Shown here piece after piece: positions 54,387-64,000 of a DNA stretch of 64,000 nucleotides. Below the pieces are notes generated by a model. It was not told the origin of the DNA. It searched no databases and saw only the letters and a program-made list of their open reading frames with translations. The stretch comes from an uncultured Desulfobacter sp. (GTDB lineage Bacteria > Desulfobacterota > Desulfobacteria > Desulfobacterales > Desulfobacteraceae), in NCBI GenBank assembly GCA_963665095.1, contig OY762069.1:832001-896000 (forward strand), in the 5' to 3' direction. The stretch's first letter is position 1. Each line of letters starts with the position of its first letter. The translations under genes were made by a program, and so were the position numbers.

Positions 54387-56828
54387 GTGAAAAAAATGAT
54401 ACCAGAATCAGGGCGAATCCCTTTTTATGTTTTTTTCTTTGTCATGATAGGGCTGTGCTTTTTGCCAGCCCTGGTTTTCCCGGCTGGAGAAGACGCCCGG
54501 ATCGATCTGGGCATTCGCGTGGAAGAATTAAAGACGGCCAGGGACAATATTGCCATGGATATTGGCGTGAGAGCCGAAGTCGTTGCCATGAAAAAAGAAA
54601 AGGGCATGGCATACCACGATAATACCGCTTTAAAAAAAGATCTCTGGTATATGGGCGAACAGGCCAGAGACACGGTGCTTTTAACCACTCAAACCATTGC
54701 CGAAGAAGACAACAGACAGCTTAAAAGCAGCGCCCTGCAGCAGATGCTTGACCGGGTCCACAGTGTGATGAATGAATGAAAAAAAATAGATCAGAATGAA
54801 TTCCTGAACAAAAATTCAAAAAATTTTGCCAGATACAGCGCCGCCATGGCCGAAGTTTTAAAGGAAATCGCCGGTTACATCGACACCTTGCCCCCCCTTG
54901 CCGGCAAGGTTCTAAGCGAGGGTTTAAAAATTTCCGGTGATACCTTTGAACTGATGAATATGGCGTCCGGGGCCGCATGGGAGGCCAAAACCAAGCAGGG
55001 TACCACAGCACTGGACGGCGCAGTCCACCAGGGAGCTGACGCATTCGGCAAATTGCGGCCCACGGACTTTAAGACCTGTTTCAACATCACGGTCCTGGAG
55101 GCGTGGGACCAGGGCAATGCGGTGAGTGATTATTTAATCATCAAGTCGCCGAACGGAGATGAAGCACATATAGACAAGGATCAAGTCCGGGATTATACGC
55201 GGGCCCTGTCCCGCCTGGAGAGCATCAAAGGGGACAAGGTGACCCAGCAGGAGGCCTTTGACCTGGCTGCAGGATGCCTGGAATTACGGCAATTTGAGGC
55301 GGGGGAAGAGCATTTCGCCATTGACCTTGCCACAGTCAGACAGGCCACAGCCAGGGTCAATATAGCGGACCTGGCCGGAAAATTCGGTGAAGAACAGGAG
55401 TTTGATGCCGGCAGGTTTTACCAAAGGTCCAACCTGCTCAGCCAGGCCATGGCCGGCATTAAAACCTATGAAAAAAAGGACGGTTCCTACCGGCAGTTTG
55501 AAGACCTGAATGCCTTTGACCAGATGGCCTTGATCCGGCAACATAACCGGCTCAATGACATGTACCGGCTTTCCGGCCGCGACGGGGAGATTCCCGCCAA
55601 TGTCATGGGTAAACACATGCAGGAGGAACTGGTTTTAAAAAATGCGGATTCAAAGGAATTCAGCACCACGGAAACCATTCTGGTGGATGACATGATGGCC
55701 CGGCTGGATGATCCTGCCACAAGCGAAGCAGACAGGGCCGACATCATGGTCCTGATCCAGGCGGAACTGACCCGTGTGGGAATCGCCACACCCCAGGCGC
55801 TGCAAAAGGCAAACACAACCGTCCAAAAGGCTCAGGTTGCATCTGCGGATGACCCGGCATCAATGGAAGCCACCCCCCAGGCCTGGGCGCCGTTGTCAGA
55901 ACCGCAGACCGCAAACGACGCCGGCGGGTTCGGGGAGATCGGCCAGGAACAGGTCCGGGTGGTGCAGAAGAGGAATAGCGGCAAAAGCGCCCCGGGTGAA
56001 TTCGCCGAAATCAATGATCCGGAGACCCTGCAGGCGATCCGGGATTCAAACGAAGCGCGCAGGAAAAGCAGGGAGGGAGAAATCAGCTTCAGCTACCGCA
56101 ACTGGAATAAAAATTCCATGTGGACTCAGCAAAACAGCAGGAAAAGCCAACAGGACGGACAGGAGATGGTGGACATCCTGTCGGGTATGCTTAAGGGTTT
56201 GACAGAGATCCAAAGGCAAGGTTACGAAAGGCAGCAGCAGGCGGCCAGGGAAAGGGAACTGGCCAGGAACGCTTCCCGCCTCGGCCTGGATAAGAATCCC
56301 TACCAAAAGTATGAAAAGTGGGCACAGGAAGCAAAACGACAAAAAGAGGCCCGTGAAAAGGAAGCCCTGCGCCGTGCCCAGCTGGAGCAGGAAAGAATCC
56401 GGCAGCAGCAGGCCTCAAGTTCACCGCCTGATTCCGGAACCCCGTCCTCAGGCAATATTTACAACAACCCCGCCACAGGACAAACCGGCCGAAGCTATGA
56501 CGAATGTGTTGCTATTTACTGCCCGGTATGCAGCCAGTCCATCTCCCTGTTAGGGGAATCTTTGGACAGCCGGTGCACTGACTGTAAAAAAAACAAAGCC
56601 GGTCTGATTCAAAAATGCGTTTCCGGCTCCGGCAGCGCATCTTTGTCCTTCACCGGTTCAATGTCCCGGAACTATTATGCGGCCCGCAAGTATCAACCAA
56701 GGCTGAACAACTACCTCTATGTCATTGGTAAAAGCCAGAGCGGCAGTGTCAGCGGCTATGACCTGCTTTACGGGCCGGACACCTATTTGGCATGCGAACA
56801 ATGGCTGAAAACCAAAGGGTATTGGTAA
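54387..56828 (+). pseudogene. Large secreted hypothetical protein interrupted by a single in-frame TGA (54777-54779)
   Basis: ORFs 54387..54779 and 54846..56828 share one frame with no other stop between them; signal peptide at the N-terminus; coiled coil and Cys-rich C-terminus. Confidence 0.6.
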
Positions 56829-56855
56829 ACTGCTTTTAAGTCAAAGGATAGGGAA

Positions 56856-57389
56856 TTGAAAATAAAGAGGATAACAACGGCACTGGGATATATCTGTTTT
56901 ATGGCACTTTTTTTGCTGATCTATCTGGGGTGTTCTGCCTCCCCGGCATATTTAGCTCGAAAAAATCCCCAGCATCTGACCCATTTCCCGCCCCAAAAGG
57001 CCATGGCCATTGACGGGATCTGGAAAGACCCCTACGGATACAGAGTCATATTTGACTGCGGCCGGGGCTATCTGACCGGCAATAAAGTCATGGAAGGCGG
57101 AATGGTGTTTAAAGATGTGGTCCGGGTGGCACCGGGCAAATACCGGGCCAAATACGGGGAATGCTGGACCAGCCCTGTACCCTTTCCGTGGTGGCCAAAG
57201 ACAAACTAGTGGTGAGGTGGGGAAAAAATAAGGGGGGAACAACTCATTACCATAACACCCGGTCAAAAATCCCTTCGTACGGTCCGCCTGACTGCAGGCA
57301 AAAAACCAGGGGTGTATGAAATCCAGGCCACGGTCCGCCACAAAGGCAAAACCTCGGCCGAATCCGTGCTGTTTGAGTTATCTTTGTAA
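56856..57389 (+). pseudogene. Putative lipoprotein, frameshifted or internally deleted
   Basis: Lipobox YLGC; coding-like continuations in shifted frames (..LDQPCTLSVVAKDKLVVRW.. and ..KPGVYEIQATVRHKG..LFELSL*). Confidence 0.5.
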
Positions 57390-57569
57390 CCGGTAATGGT
57401 CCTGAAAAAGGCTTGTCTTAAATCCCGGGAAAGAAGCCCCCGGACCCTGGTATAAAAATAGATTTTTTCAACCCGGTCTGATAATAGAGCATTCAGGAAA
57501 GCAAACGTAATTTTCTTATCCCTGCCGGAAAAAATAAGCACCAGGGATACAATAACCCAAAAGGAATAG

Positions 57570-58724
57570 ATGATGGCACACCCGGTTTATCTTGATTATA
57601 ACGGCACCACCCCCCATGCACCTGAAGTAATTGAGGCCATGCGGCCGTTTATTGAAACTGAATTTGGCAATCCCTCCAGCACGCACTGGTACGGAATTCA
57701 GCCGAAAAAGGCCGTAGAGGCAGCCCGGGGTCAGGTGGCAGGTCTTTTAAACTGCCGGCCGGATGAGGTCTTTTTCACTTCAGGTGGCACCGAGTCCAAC
57801 AACCATGCCCTCAAAGGCATGGCACACACCTTAAAGGACAAGGGCCGGCACATCATCACCACAACCATCGAGCACCCGGCCATTCTGGAGGTCTGCCGCC
57901 ACCTTGAAACTTTAGGATTTGAGACCACCTGTGTGGATGTGGACGAAACCGGCAAAGTGGGCGTTGATGATATCAGAAGGGCCATCCGAAAAAATACCAT
58001 CCTGATTTCAGTGATGCACGCCAACAATGAGGTCGGCACGATTCAGCCCATTCCTGAGATTTCAGCCCTGGCCCGGGAGCATGGCATTGTCATGCACACG
58101 GATGCGGCCCAGAGCATGGGCAAAATTCCCACCGATGTGCAGGCCTTAGGCGTTGACCTGCTCAGTATTGCCGGCCACAAGCTTTATGCGCCAAAGGGCA
58201 TCGGGGCATTGTTTGTAAAAGACGGCATTCTTCCTGAAAAATTCTGCCACGGCGCCGGCCAGGAAAAAGGATGGCGGGCCGGAACGGAAAATGTCCCCTG
58301 GATGGTGGGCTTAGGCCGGGCCTGTGAGCTGGCGGCCCAAAACCTGGACCACACCGGGAATCATCTTAAGGCCATGCGCGATCTTTTGCACATGGGGCTG
58401 ACAGGCCAGTTAGATGATATCCGGCTCAACGGCCACCCGGACGACCGGCTGCCCAACACCCTGAGCCTTGCATTCAAAGGGCTTGAAGCCAACCGTATCC
58501 TGGAGGAGATCGGCCTTGACGTGGCTGCCTCGGCCGGCGCGGCCTGTCATTCGGACACAGTGACCCTGTCCCATGTGCTTGAAGCCATGAAGATCCCCGT
58601 CGAGTGGGCCAAAGGCACGGTCCGGTTCTCCACGGGAAGAATGACCACCCCTGAAGAGATAGACCGGGCAGTTAAGGCGACTGTCCAGGCAGTCACCCAA
58701 CTGCGCCCGGCCATAGGGGTTTAG
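57570..58724 (+). CDS. Cysteine desulfurase family protein (NifS/IscS group I, PLP)
   Basis: YLDYNGTTP, FTSGGTESNN, HTDAAQS, GHKLYAPKG, ASAGAACHS. Confidence 0.92.
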   Translation: MMAHPVYLDYNGTTPHAPEVIEAMRPFIETEFGNPSSTHWYGIQPKKAVEAARGQVAGLLNCRPDEVFFTSGGTESNNHALKGMAHTLKDKGRHIITTTIEHPAILEVCRHLETLGFETTCVDVDETGKVGVDDIRRAIRKNTILISVMHANNEVGTIQPIPEISALAREHGIVMHTDAAQSMGKIPTDVQALGVDLLSIAGHKLYAPKGIGALFVKDGILPEKFCHGAGQEKGWRAGTENVPWMVGLGRACELAAQNLDHTGNHLKAMRDLLHMGLTGQLDDIRLNGHPDDRLPNTLSLAFKGLEANRILEEIGLDVAASAGAACHSDTVTLSHVLEAMKIPVEWAKGTVRFSTGRMTTPEEIDRAVKATVQAVTQLRPAIGV

Positions 58725-58755
58725 GCTCGTCCGGCCTTCTTTTTATTAAAACCGG

Positions 58756-59817
58756 TTATTCCTCGTATACCTGGGGTTCTACCAGGGCATCCAGCTCCTC
58801 CTGGGAAAAAGGCTCGGCATAAACCGCCAGTTGAATCAGGGGGGGCTGTGACGGCGTGAATTCCACCCATTTTCCGTTTTTCTTTTCCAGAAACGGCCAT
58901 TTGAGGAGGTCCGGTACCAAAGGAATCACACCGTTATAAAATTCCAGGCTGCCATCCTTAAACACGGCCGGCTTGAACTCCTTGCCTGCTGAAAGCAGGG
59001 TGGCGGCCTTTGTTCCATGACACTCTTCACACTTTCTGGCCTCTTTTGTGATGGAATGGGTGTAGTAAGGCACATAGCAGATAAACGGTTCATTGTTTTT
59101 TCCCACCAGGGTCTGGAGGGTGCCGGAGGTGATTTTTCCGTTGTACTTCACCAGGAGCAGAAAGTCTTTTACCTTGGTGGTAAAACTTTTGGGTTTGCTC
59201 TTGGTTCTGGCCAGTTCCCCAAAATGGCAGTTATAACAGGCCATGGTGTTCTGGACATGGCAGGCGTTACATTCGAGCTCATCCATGTGGATGTCATGGG
59301 AGGGGGAGTCTGGAATGGCGGTAAATTCAACAGAGGTCTGAGTGTGACAGTTCGTACAGGATGCCGTCATGGCGCCGGGTGCCCGCATGCTTTTGTGCTG
59401 TGTGCCGTTGCCGTGGATCTCCTGATGACTGTGGCAGTCAATACAGGTTAAAAAACTGTTCCGGTGAACATCCCCGCACTGGTTAAGGGTGTCCAGGGAG
59501 ATGGTGGCTTTTTCCCTGGAATGGCACCTCAGGCAGGTCGTGGTGCTGCTCGCCTTTTTGGTGGAATAAAAAGCGCCTTCTTTGGTTTGTTTAAGGTGGC
59601 AGGTCTGGCACCCCGCAACATGGCAGCCTTTACAGCTGAGCTGGTCGTAGGGCACTCCGGTGATCTTCATGAATCCGTCTTTGGCCTCATACCAGTACCG
59701 CATCCCTTCGCCGGTATGGTGAAGGCTGACGGAAAAGCTGTCAGGCGGCTCCTCTCCATTAAGGGGCATGCCTGACATAACAATCATGAAACCCAAAAGC
59801 CAAAAAACTCGCCGCAT
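58756..59817 (-). CDS. Periplasmic octaheme c-type cytochrome
   Basis: SD AGGAGG, signal peptide, eight CxxCH motifs (CKGCH, CQTCH, CLRCH, CIDCH, CTNCH, CNACH, CYNCH, CEECH). Confidence 0.9.
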   Translation of the reverse strand: MRRVFWLLGFMIVMSGMPLNGEEPPDSFSVSLHHTGEGMRYWYEAKDGFMKITGVPYDQLSCKGCHVAGCQTCHLKQTKEGAFYSTKKASSTTTCLRCHSREKATISLDTLNQCGDVHRNSFLTCIDCHSHQEIHGNGTQHKSMRAPGAMTASCTNCHTQTSVEFTAIPDSPSHDIHMDELECNACHVQNTMACYNCHFGELARTKSKPKSFTTKVKDFLLLVKYNGKITSGTLQTLVGKNNEPFICYVPYYTHSITKEARKCEECHGTKAATLLSAGKEFKPAVFKDGSLEFYNGVIPLVPDLLKWPFLEKKNGKWVEFTPSQPPLIQLAVYAEPFSQEELDALVEPQVYEE

Positions 59818-60088
59818 TTCTAGCCTCCTTTCAATGAAAAAAGTAAATAAGGTCATCTGTCTGATTGACCTCAAAAAAATAATGAAAAAAGAGGAATCCG
59901 TTTTCCGGTGGTTTTAACAGCACAGAAAAATAAAGTTAGCGGTTTCGGAAAGTGTTAGATAATCATAGAATTCAATATGAATTTGAACTATAACGTGTTC
60001 AGGTAATATATCAAATAGGATAGGAAGAGGTCTTTTGTCAAGGGTTAAATACATACCGTAAATATTGATTGGAAAGGTTAAATCCGAA

Positions 60089-60715
60089 ATGAAAGAAGCT
60101 GCCAGATTAACTATTGAACAGGCGCTGAAAGAGACATCCCCCGGCAACATTATGCTGAATATACATTGCCGCCCACTGGTTGTGCGACGCCTTGACCGGG
60201 ATGACAACAGGCTGGAATTGGTAGGCCGCGGGCATAATGGATATTACTTGTGTAATGGCAGCATCGCAGCTAAAGGGTTTAGAAAAAAAGTGCCCTATAT
60301 CGACTGCAAAGAATCCTTTCCATATGAAAACGGTTTAAAGGATTTCACCAACGCGTGCAAGGTATTGGCCTGTGCTGAAAAAACACTTGCTGAGCTTCAA
60401 AAAAAGAGTGAAACCGCATATTGGGAAAAACAAAAAAAAGCCAATGAAGCAGCCAGAATCAAAATCGAAAAATTAAAGGAACAGGGAAAGTTTTGCAAAG
60501 AGTGTGAGGGGCGAGGTTCGCTGATCGACTATATTTATGACGACCGAAGCCATGACCGCCATCTTTCCTCCATCACCTGTTTCAAATGCCGGGGAACAGG
60601 CGTATCCGAACCGGTATACGCCGAAAATATAGATAAAACAGCCTATACAATACACCATGTTGTTTTTGATAAAAACGGAGCCATAATTCAGACAATTTTC
60701 CAGGATGAATCCTGA
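60089..60715 (+). CDS. Hypothetical protein with DnaJ-type zinc-finger motifs
   Basis: CKECEGRG and CFKCRGTG (CxxCxGxG). Confidence 0.65.
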   Translation: MKEAARLTIEQALKETSPGNIMLNIHCRPLVVRRLDRDDNRLELVGRGHNGYYLCNGSIAAKGFRKKVPYIDCKESFPYENGLKDFTNACKVLACAEKTLAELQKKSETAYWEKQKKANEAARIKIEKLKEQGKFCKECEGRGSLIDYIYDDRSHDRHLSSITCFKCRGTGVSEPVYAENIDKTAYTIHHVVFDKNGAIIQTIFQDES

Positions 60716-60854
60716 CCTGAAAAAATCCCACTAAGGCACAGCACCAGACAAAGGGAACCCCGGGCAGCATAGCCGGGAACTTGAAAATGTTGTGGAAAGA
60801 CCTCTGATCATGAACCAGGACCATTGCCCAGCCTTGTGGAAAAATGCCGGGATG

Positions 60855-60884
60855 AAAAAAAGGGGGGATGACGTTCCCCCCTTT
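60855..60884 (-). terminator. Intrinsic terminator of the methyltransferase gene
   Basis: GGGGGGA/TCCCCCC stem followed by T7 on the minus strand. Confidence 0.7.
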
Positions 60885-60892
60885 AAGAGATA

Positions 60893-61693
60893 TCAGCTTT
60901 CAATGGCGCCTGCACGGACCCCTTTGAGGTATCCCATGCAGAACTGATCATGTCCCAACAGCATATCTGCGGTGCGGATGGTGGCCATGATCTTTTTATC
61001 CAGGGGATCGATAATAGCGGAATCCATACCTGCGTCCATCATCAGAGTCACAAAGGTGCGGTTGATGATGTGGCGCTGGGGCAGTCCGTATGAGATGTTG
61101 GAAAGCCCGCCTGTGATATGGACGTCGGGGAACGCCGCTTTAATGGCTCTGACGGCGTCCAGTACCATATTTCCCTTGTTGGTGTCTGTGGAGATGGGCT
61201 GGACAAGGGGATCCACATAGATACTGGCTGTGGGAATATTGATTTTGTTGAGCTCTTCAACCAGCGTTTTTGCCCGTGCCACGATGTCTGTGCTGGAGTT
61301 GGGCATGCCGGCATCATCCATGCAAAGGGCAATTACCCGGCACTCTTTGCCGGACAGAAACGGCATCATGGCGTCAAAGCGCTCCTTTTCAAGCGAGATG
61401 GAGTTCACCATGGGCGTTTTTTCCACCATGGAGAATGCCATTTCAAGGATGGCCGGGTCCGGGCTGTCCAGGGCCAGGGGCACGCTGCACACCGGCTGAA
61501 TGGTGTCCAGAAGCCAGCGCATATCCTCCTGCTCGTGGCCGATGCGGGCACCGGCATTGACATCAATTAGATCAGCCCCTGCTTCCAGCTGTTTTTTCAC
61601 ATCTTCAATAATATAGTCGGCGTTGCGTTCCGCCACTGCCGCCTGGACCAGTTTCCTGGAGGTATTTATCCTTTCTCCAATGACTTCGAACAT
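60893..61693 (-). CDS. Methyltetrahydrofolate:corrinoid methyltransferase (AcsE/MeTr-like pterin-binding domain)
   Basis: IGERIN, GADLIDVNAG, LDSPDP, NSIS, VDPLV, GLSNISYGLP.R; SD AAGGAG. Confidence 0.9.
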   Translation of the reverse strand: MFEVIGERINTSRKLVQAAVAERNADYIIEDVKKQLEAGADLIDVNAGARIGHEQEDMRWLLDTIQPVCSVPLALDSPDPAILEMAFSMVEKTPMVNSISLEKERFDAMMPFLSGKECRVIALCMDDAGMPNSSTDIVARAKTLVEELNKINIPTASIYVDPLVQPISTDTNKGNMVLDAVRAIKAAFPDVHITGGLSNISYGLPQRHIINRTFVTLMMDAGMDSAIIDPLDKKIMATIRTADMLLGHDQFCMGYLKGVRAGAIES

Positions 61694-61841
61694 ATCAACT
61701 CCTTTAACAGGCTGAATCGTGTTTGAACGCGACGGCTGGCGACCTGTCGCACTGCAAGAGACTGGGACCTGAGGCCCCTTTGCGGGGCTTTCCCCTCTTG
61801 CGCGCCGTCCAAACACAAATTTTTGTTCAGGCCCTATCTAT

Positions 61842-62473
61842 CTAATTGATGAAAGATTTTGCAAGTTTGGAGGCAGATCCCGCATCCGGGGCAAAACCGT
61901 CCGCACCAATTTCATCGGCAAAGGCCTGGGTTACAGGGGCACCGCCCACCATGATTTTAACCTGCTCCCGTAGCCCGGCCTCAACAATGGCGTCCACAGT
62001 CTGTTTCATGGCCGGCATGGTGGTGGTCAAAAGCGCGGACAGGCAGACAATCTGTGCGTTATTTTTTTTGATATTGGCCACAAAATCTTCCGGCGCAATA
62101 TCAACTCCGAGGTTATGAACCTCCAGTCCTGCACTCTCCATCATCATGGCCACCAGGTTTTTCCGATGTCATGCAGGTCGCCTTTTACAGTACCGATGAT
62201 TACAGACCCCCCAGCAGCGCCGTCACCATCGCCAAGCAGGGGTTTAAGAATTGTTAGACATTCGCCCATGGCCTTGGCAGCCATAAGCACTTCAGGAATA
62301 AACATGTCACCGGCTTCCATTTTTTCGCCCACAACATCCATACCGGCAATCAGCCCGTTGTTGAGGATGTCCTTGGCTGGAATGTTCTCAGCCAGGGCGG
62401 AATTTACCAGATCCGTGAGCTTTGCAACATCACAGGAGACCAGTGCATCGGTCATTGAGTTTAAATCAGTCAT
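61842..62473 (-). pseudogene. Corrinoid (B12-binding) protein with a one-base frameshift in an A run
   Basis: B12 cap (GLIAGM..VG, FIPEVL.AA) and GDLHDIGK, then a shift to [NLV]AMMMESAG...SALLTTTM...GGAPVT. Confidence 0.85.
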
Positions 62474-62672
62474 TTTCCCTCCATTATATTTATTTACTGG
62501 TTTATTCTACTTTATTGCCAACCGTCCTCAAACCTCAATTGTCGGGTATGGGTCGGGTAGGGCGCCTACCTGTTTTTCCCAAGCCCTGTCCGTCAATCCT
62601 CCATAATTAAAATATTTTAAAAAAAACAAAACGTTAGTTATTAAGATTCCGACCAGTCACCCAATTCCAACG

Positions 62673-63998
62673 TTACCTTGCCGGCACTATTCCCTGATTC
62701 CACTCATCACTGCTGATGGAGAGCAGGCAGGTCCTTAAATTGACCTTCTTTTTCTGGATACCCAGTTTGGCCCGGATATTTTTCCGGTGCACCTCAATTG
62801 TCTTGTCCGACAGGTTCATCAGATCAGAGATCTCTTTGGTGGATTTGCCTGCTTTGATGTAACTTGCCACCTGAATCTCCGTCTGGGTCAGATTCATGTA
62901 TTTATGGGACAGATTCCGGGCAAAAGGAGAGATAATATCTCTGATATTGGTCTCCAGAATATCAAGGTATGTTTTCTGAAGCTTGTCCAGTCCGCTGGTT
63001 TTCAGCCGGTCCAGGTACGGGTGTATGAGTTCCCGCAGGTTGTGCATCACCTTTTCTTCAAGATCACTTTTATCGTCATGGCGTATTTTCAAAAGTACCC
63101 GTAACGCCGTATTCATCTGTTCCAGGCTGTCTGATTTTTCCTCCAGGTCTTTTTCCCTATCCTTTAAGGCCTGGTTGGTCAGCTTGAGCCGGGTAATATC
63201 ATGGAAAAAAGAGAAATAAAAAATCTCTTCACCCATTCTTGCATAGTTGGTGCTGACCTCCAGAAACACGTACTCCCCATTTTTCTGGTGTGCCTCTAAT
63301 TCCAGCCTGTCATGGTGACTTTCATACACCCGGTTTAAATGCGCCTTCATGGTCTCGGAAGGGAAAATATCTTCCATTTTAAAGATATTTTTGCCCACCA
63401 GCTCTTCAATGCCCAATCCGAATATCCGGGAGACTGCCGGGTTGGCCTCCAGGATAACACCGTCTTTATTAATTCGGCAGAACCCTTCAATGGCCGTATC
63501 AAGGATCAGCTGGTTTCGGGCATTCTGCTGCTTGAGTTCGCCTTCAAGCAGCTTGTACTCCTTGCCTTCAATGGCAAGAGAGATAAAATCGGTGATGGAT
63601 GCCACAAAGCCCTGTTCTTCATGGGTCCACTTGCGTGGCGCGCCCACATGGTCGCAGCAGATATTGCCGATCATCTTCCCCCGGAGCCGGATGGGAGCGT
63701 CCATGGCGGCACCAACACCAAATTCAGTATAGTAGTGGGGGGACCACTCCTTTGTCCTCGGGTCTTTATGGGCGTCAGCAGCGGCAATGATCCGTCCCTC
63801 TTCCAGGGCATGGAAATAGGTGGGGTAATTTTGGGCGATCATCTGGTTAAACGGCTCAAGCTTGTCAATGGAGGCCACATACTCCTCGTAGGAATCCAGT
63901 TGAGCCAGGTACGGATCAATATAAAGCTTATCCGCATCCAGAATATACCATCCAAAGCTCCCCATTTTTAAATGATCCGGCCGGTAGAGCCAGATACT
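62673..63998 (-). CDS. GAF-PAS-LuxR transcriptional regulator (5' partial)
   Basis: GAF (DAH.DPRT, APIR..G), PAS (ANPA...FG, DIT), LuxR HTH LTQTEIQVA..I..GKSTKEI...HRKNIR.KLG; frame open to the window end. Confidence 0.9.
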   Translation of the reverse strand, partial: SIWLYRPDHLKMGSFGWYILDADKLYIDPYLAQLDSYEEYVASIDKLEPFNQMIAQNYPTYFHALEEGRIIAAADAHKDPRTKEWSPHYYTEFGVGAAMDAPIRLRGKMIGNICCDHVGAPRKWTHEEQGFVASITDFISLAIEGKEYKLLEGELKQQNARNQLILDTAIEGFCRINKDGVILEANPAVSRIFGLGIEELVGKNIFKMEDIFPSETMKAHLNRVYESHHDRLELEAHQKNGEYVFLEVSTNYARMGEEIFYFSFFHDITRLKLTNQALKDREKDLEEKSDSLEQMNTALRVLLKIRHDDKSDLEEKVMHNLRELIHPYLDRLKTSGLDKLQKTYLDILETNIRDIISPFARNLSHKYMNLTQTEIQVASYIKAGKSTKEISDLMNLSDKTIEVHRKNIRAKLGIQKKKVNLRTCLLSISSDEWNQGIVPAR

Positions 63999-64000
63999 GA

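Noticed and set aside
57570..58724. Selenocysteine lyase call (GAACHS motif) linked to the upstream in-frame TGA
   Set aside because: The motif alone cannot separate it from ordinary group I cysteine desulfurases; the link is speculative.

Overview
64 kb of bacterial chromosome. The gene content suggests an anaerobic, sulfate-reducer-like deltaproteobacterium (Desulfobacteraceae-like); this is inferred, not proven. About 1-23 kb is mostly core genes: DUF748 protein, REC-HATPase protein, LUD protein, dinB fused in frame to acylphosphatase, a split peptide ABC transporter, csp, D-amino acid dehydrogenase, an Amt-PAS-GGDEF-EAL sensor, two SurA-like genes, mgtE, recO, GHMP kinase, nucleoside phosphorylase and ligA. 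From about 23 kb the window is largely accessory. It holds a group II intron 3'-end remnant, alkaline phosphatase with YibE/F, a multidomain PEBP protein and an RND efflux system. An AT-rich islet encodes a beta-propeller protein with a C-terminal GGSGCFISTLFNF tail near a HEAT membrane protein and a CPBP (CAAX-type) intramembrane protease, a candidate protein-sorting system. An integrase-less integron cassette array (attC sites at about 42.0-44.9 kb) follows. The rest includes a VWA adhesin-like protein, a HEPN-MNT toxin-antitoxin pair, several pseudogenes, an octaheme cytochrome and a corrinoid/methyltransferase module with a GAF-PAS-LuxR regulator. No rRNA, tRNA or CRISPR array was seen. 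All calls come from motif reading by eye; no database searches were run.
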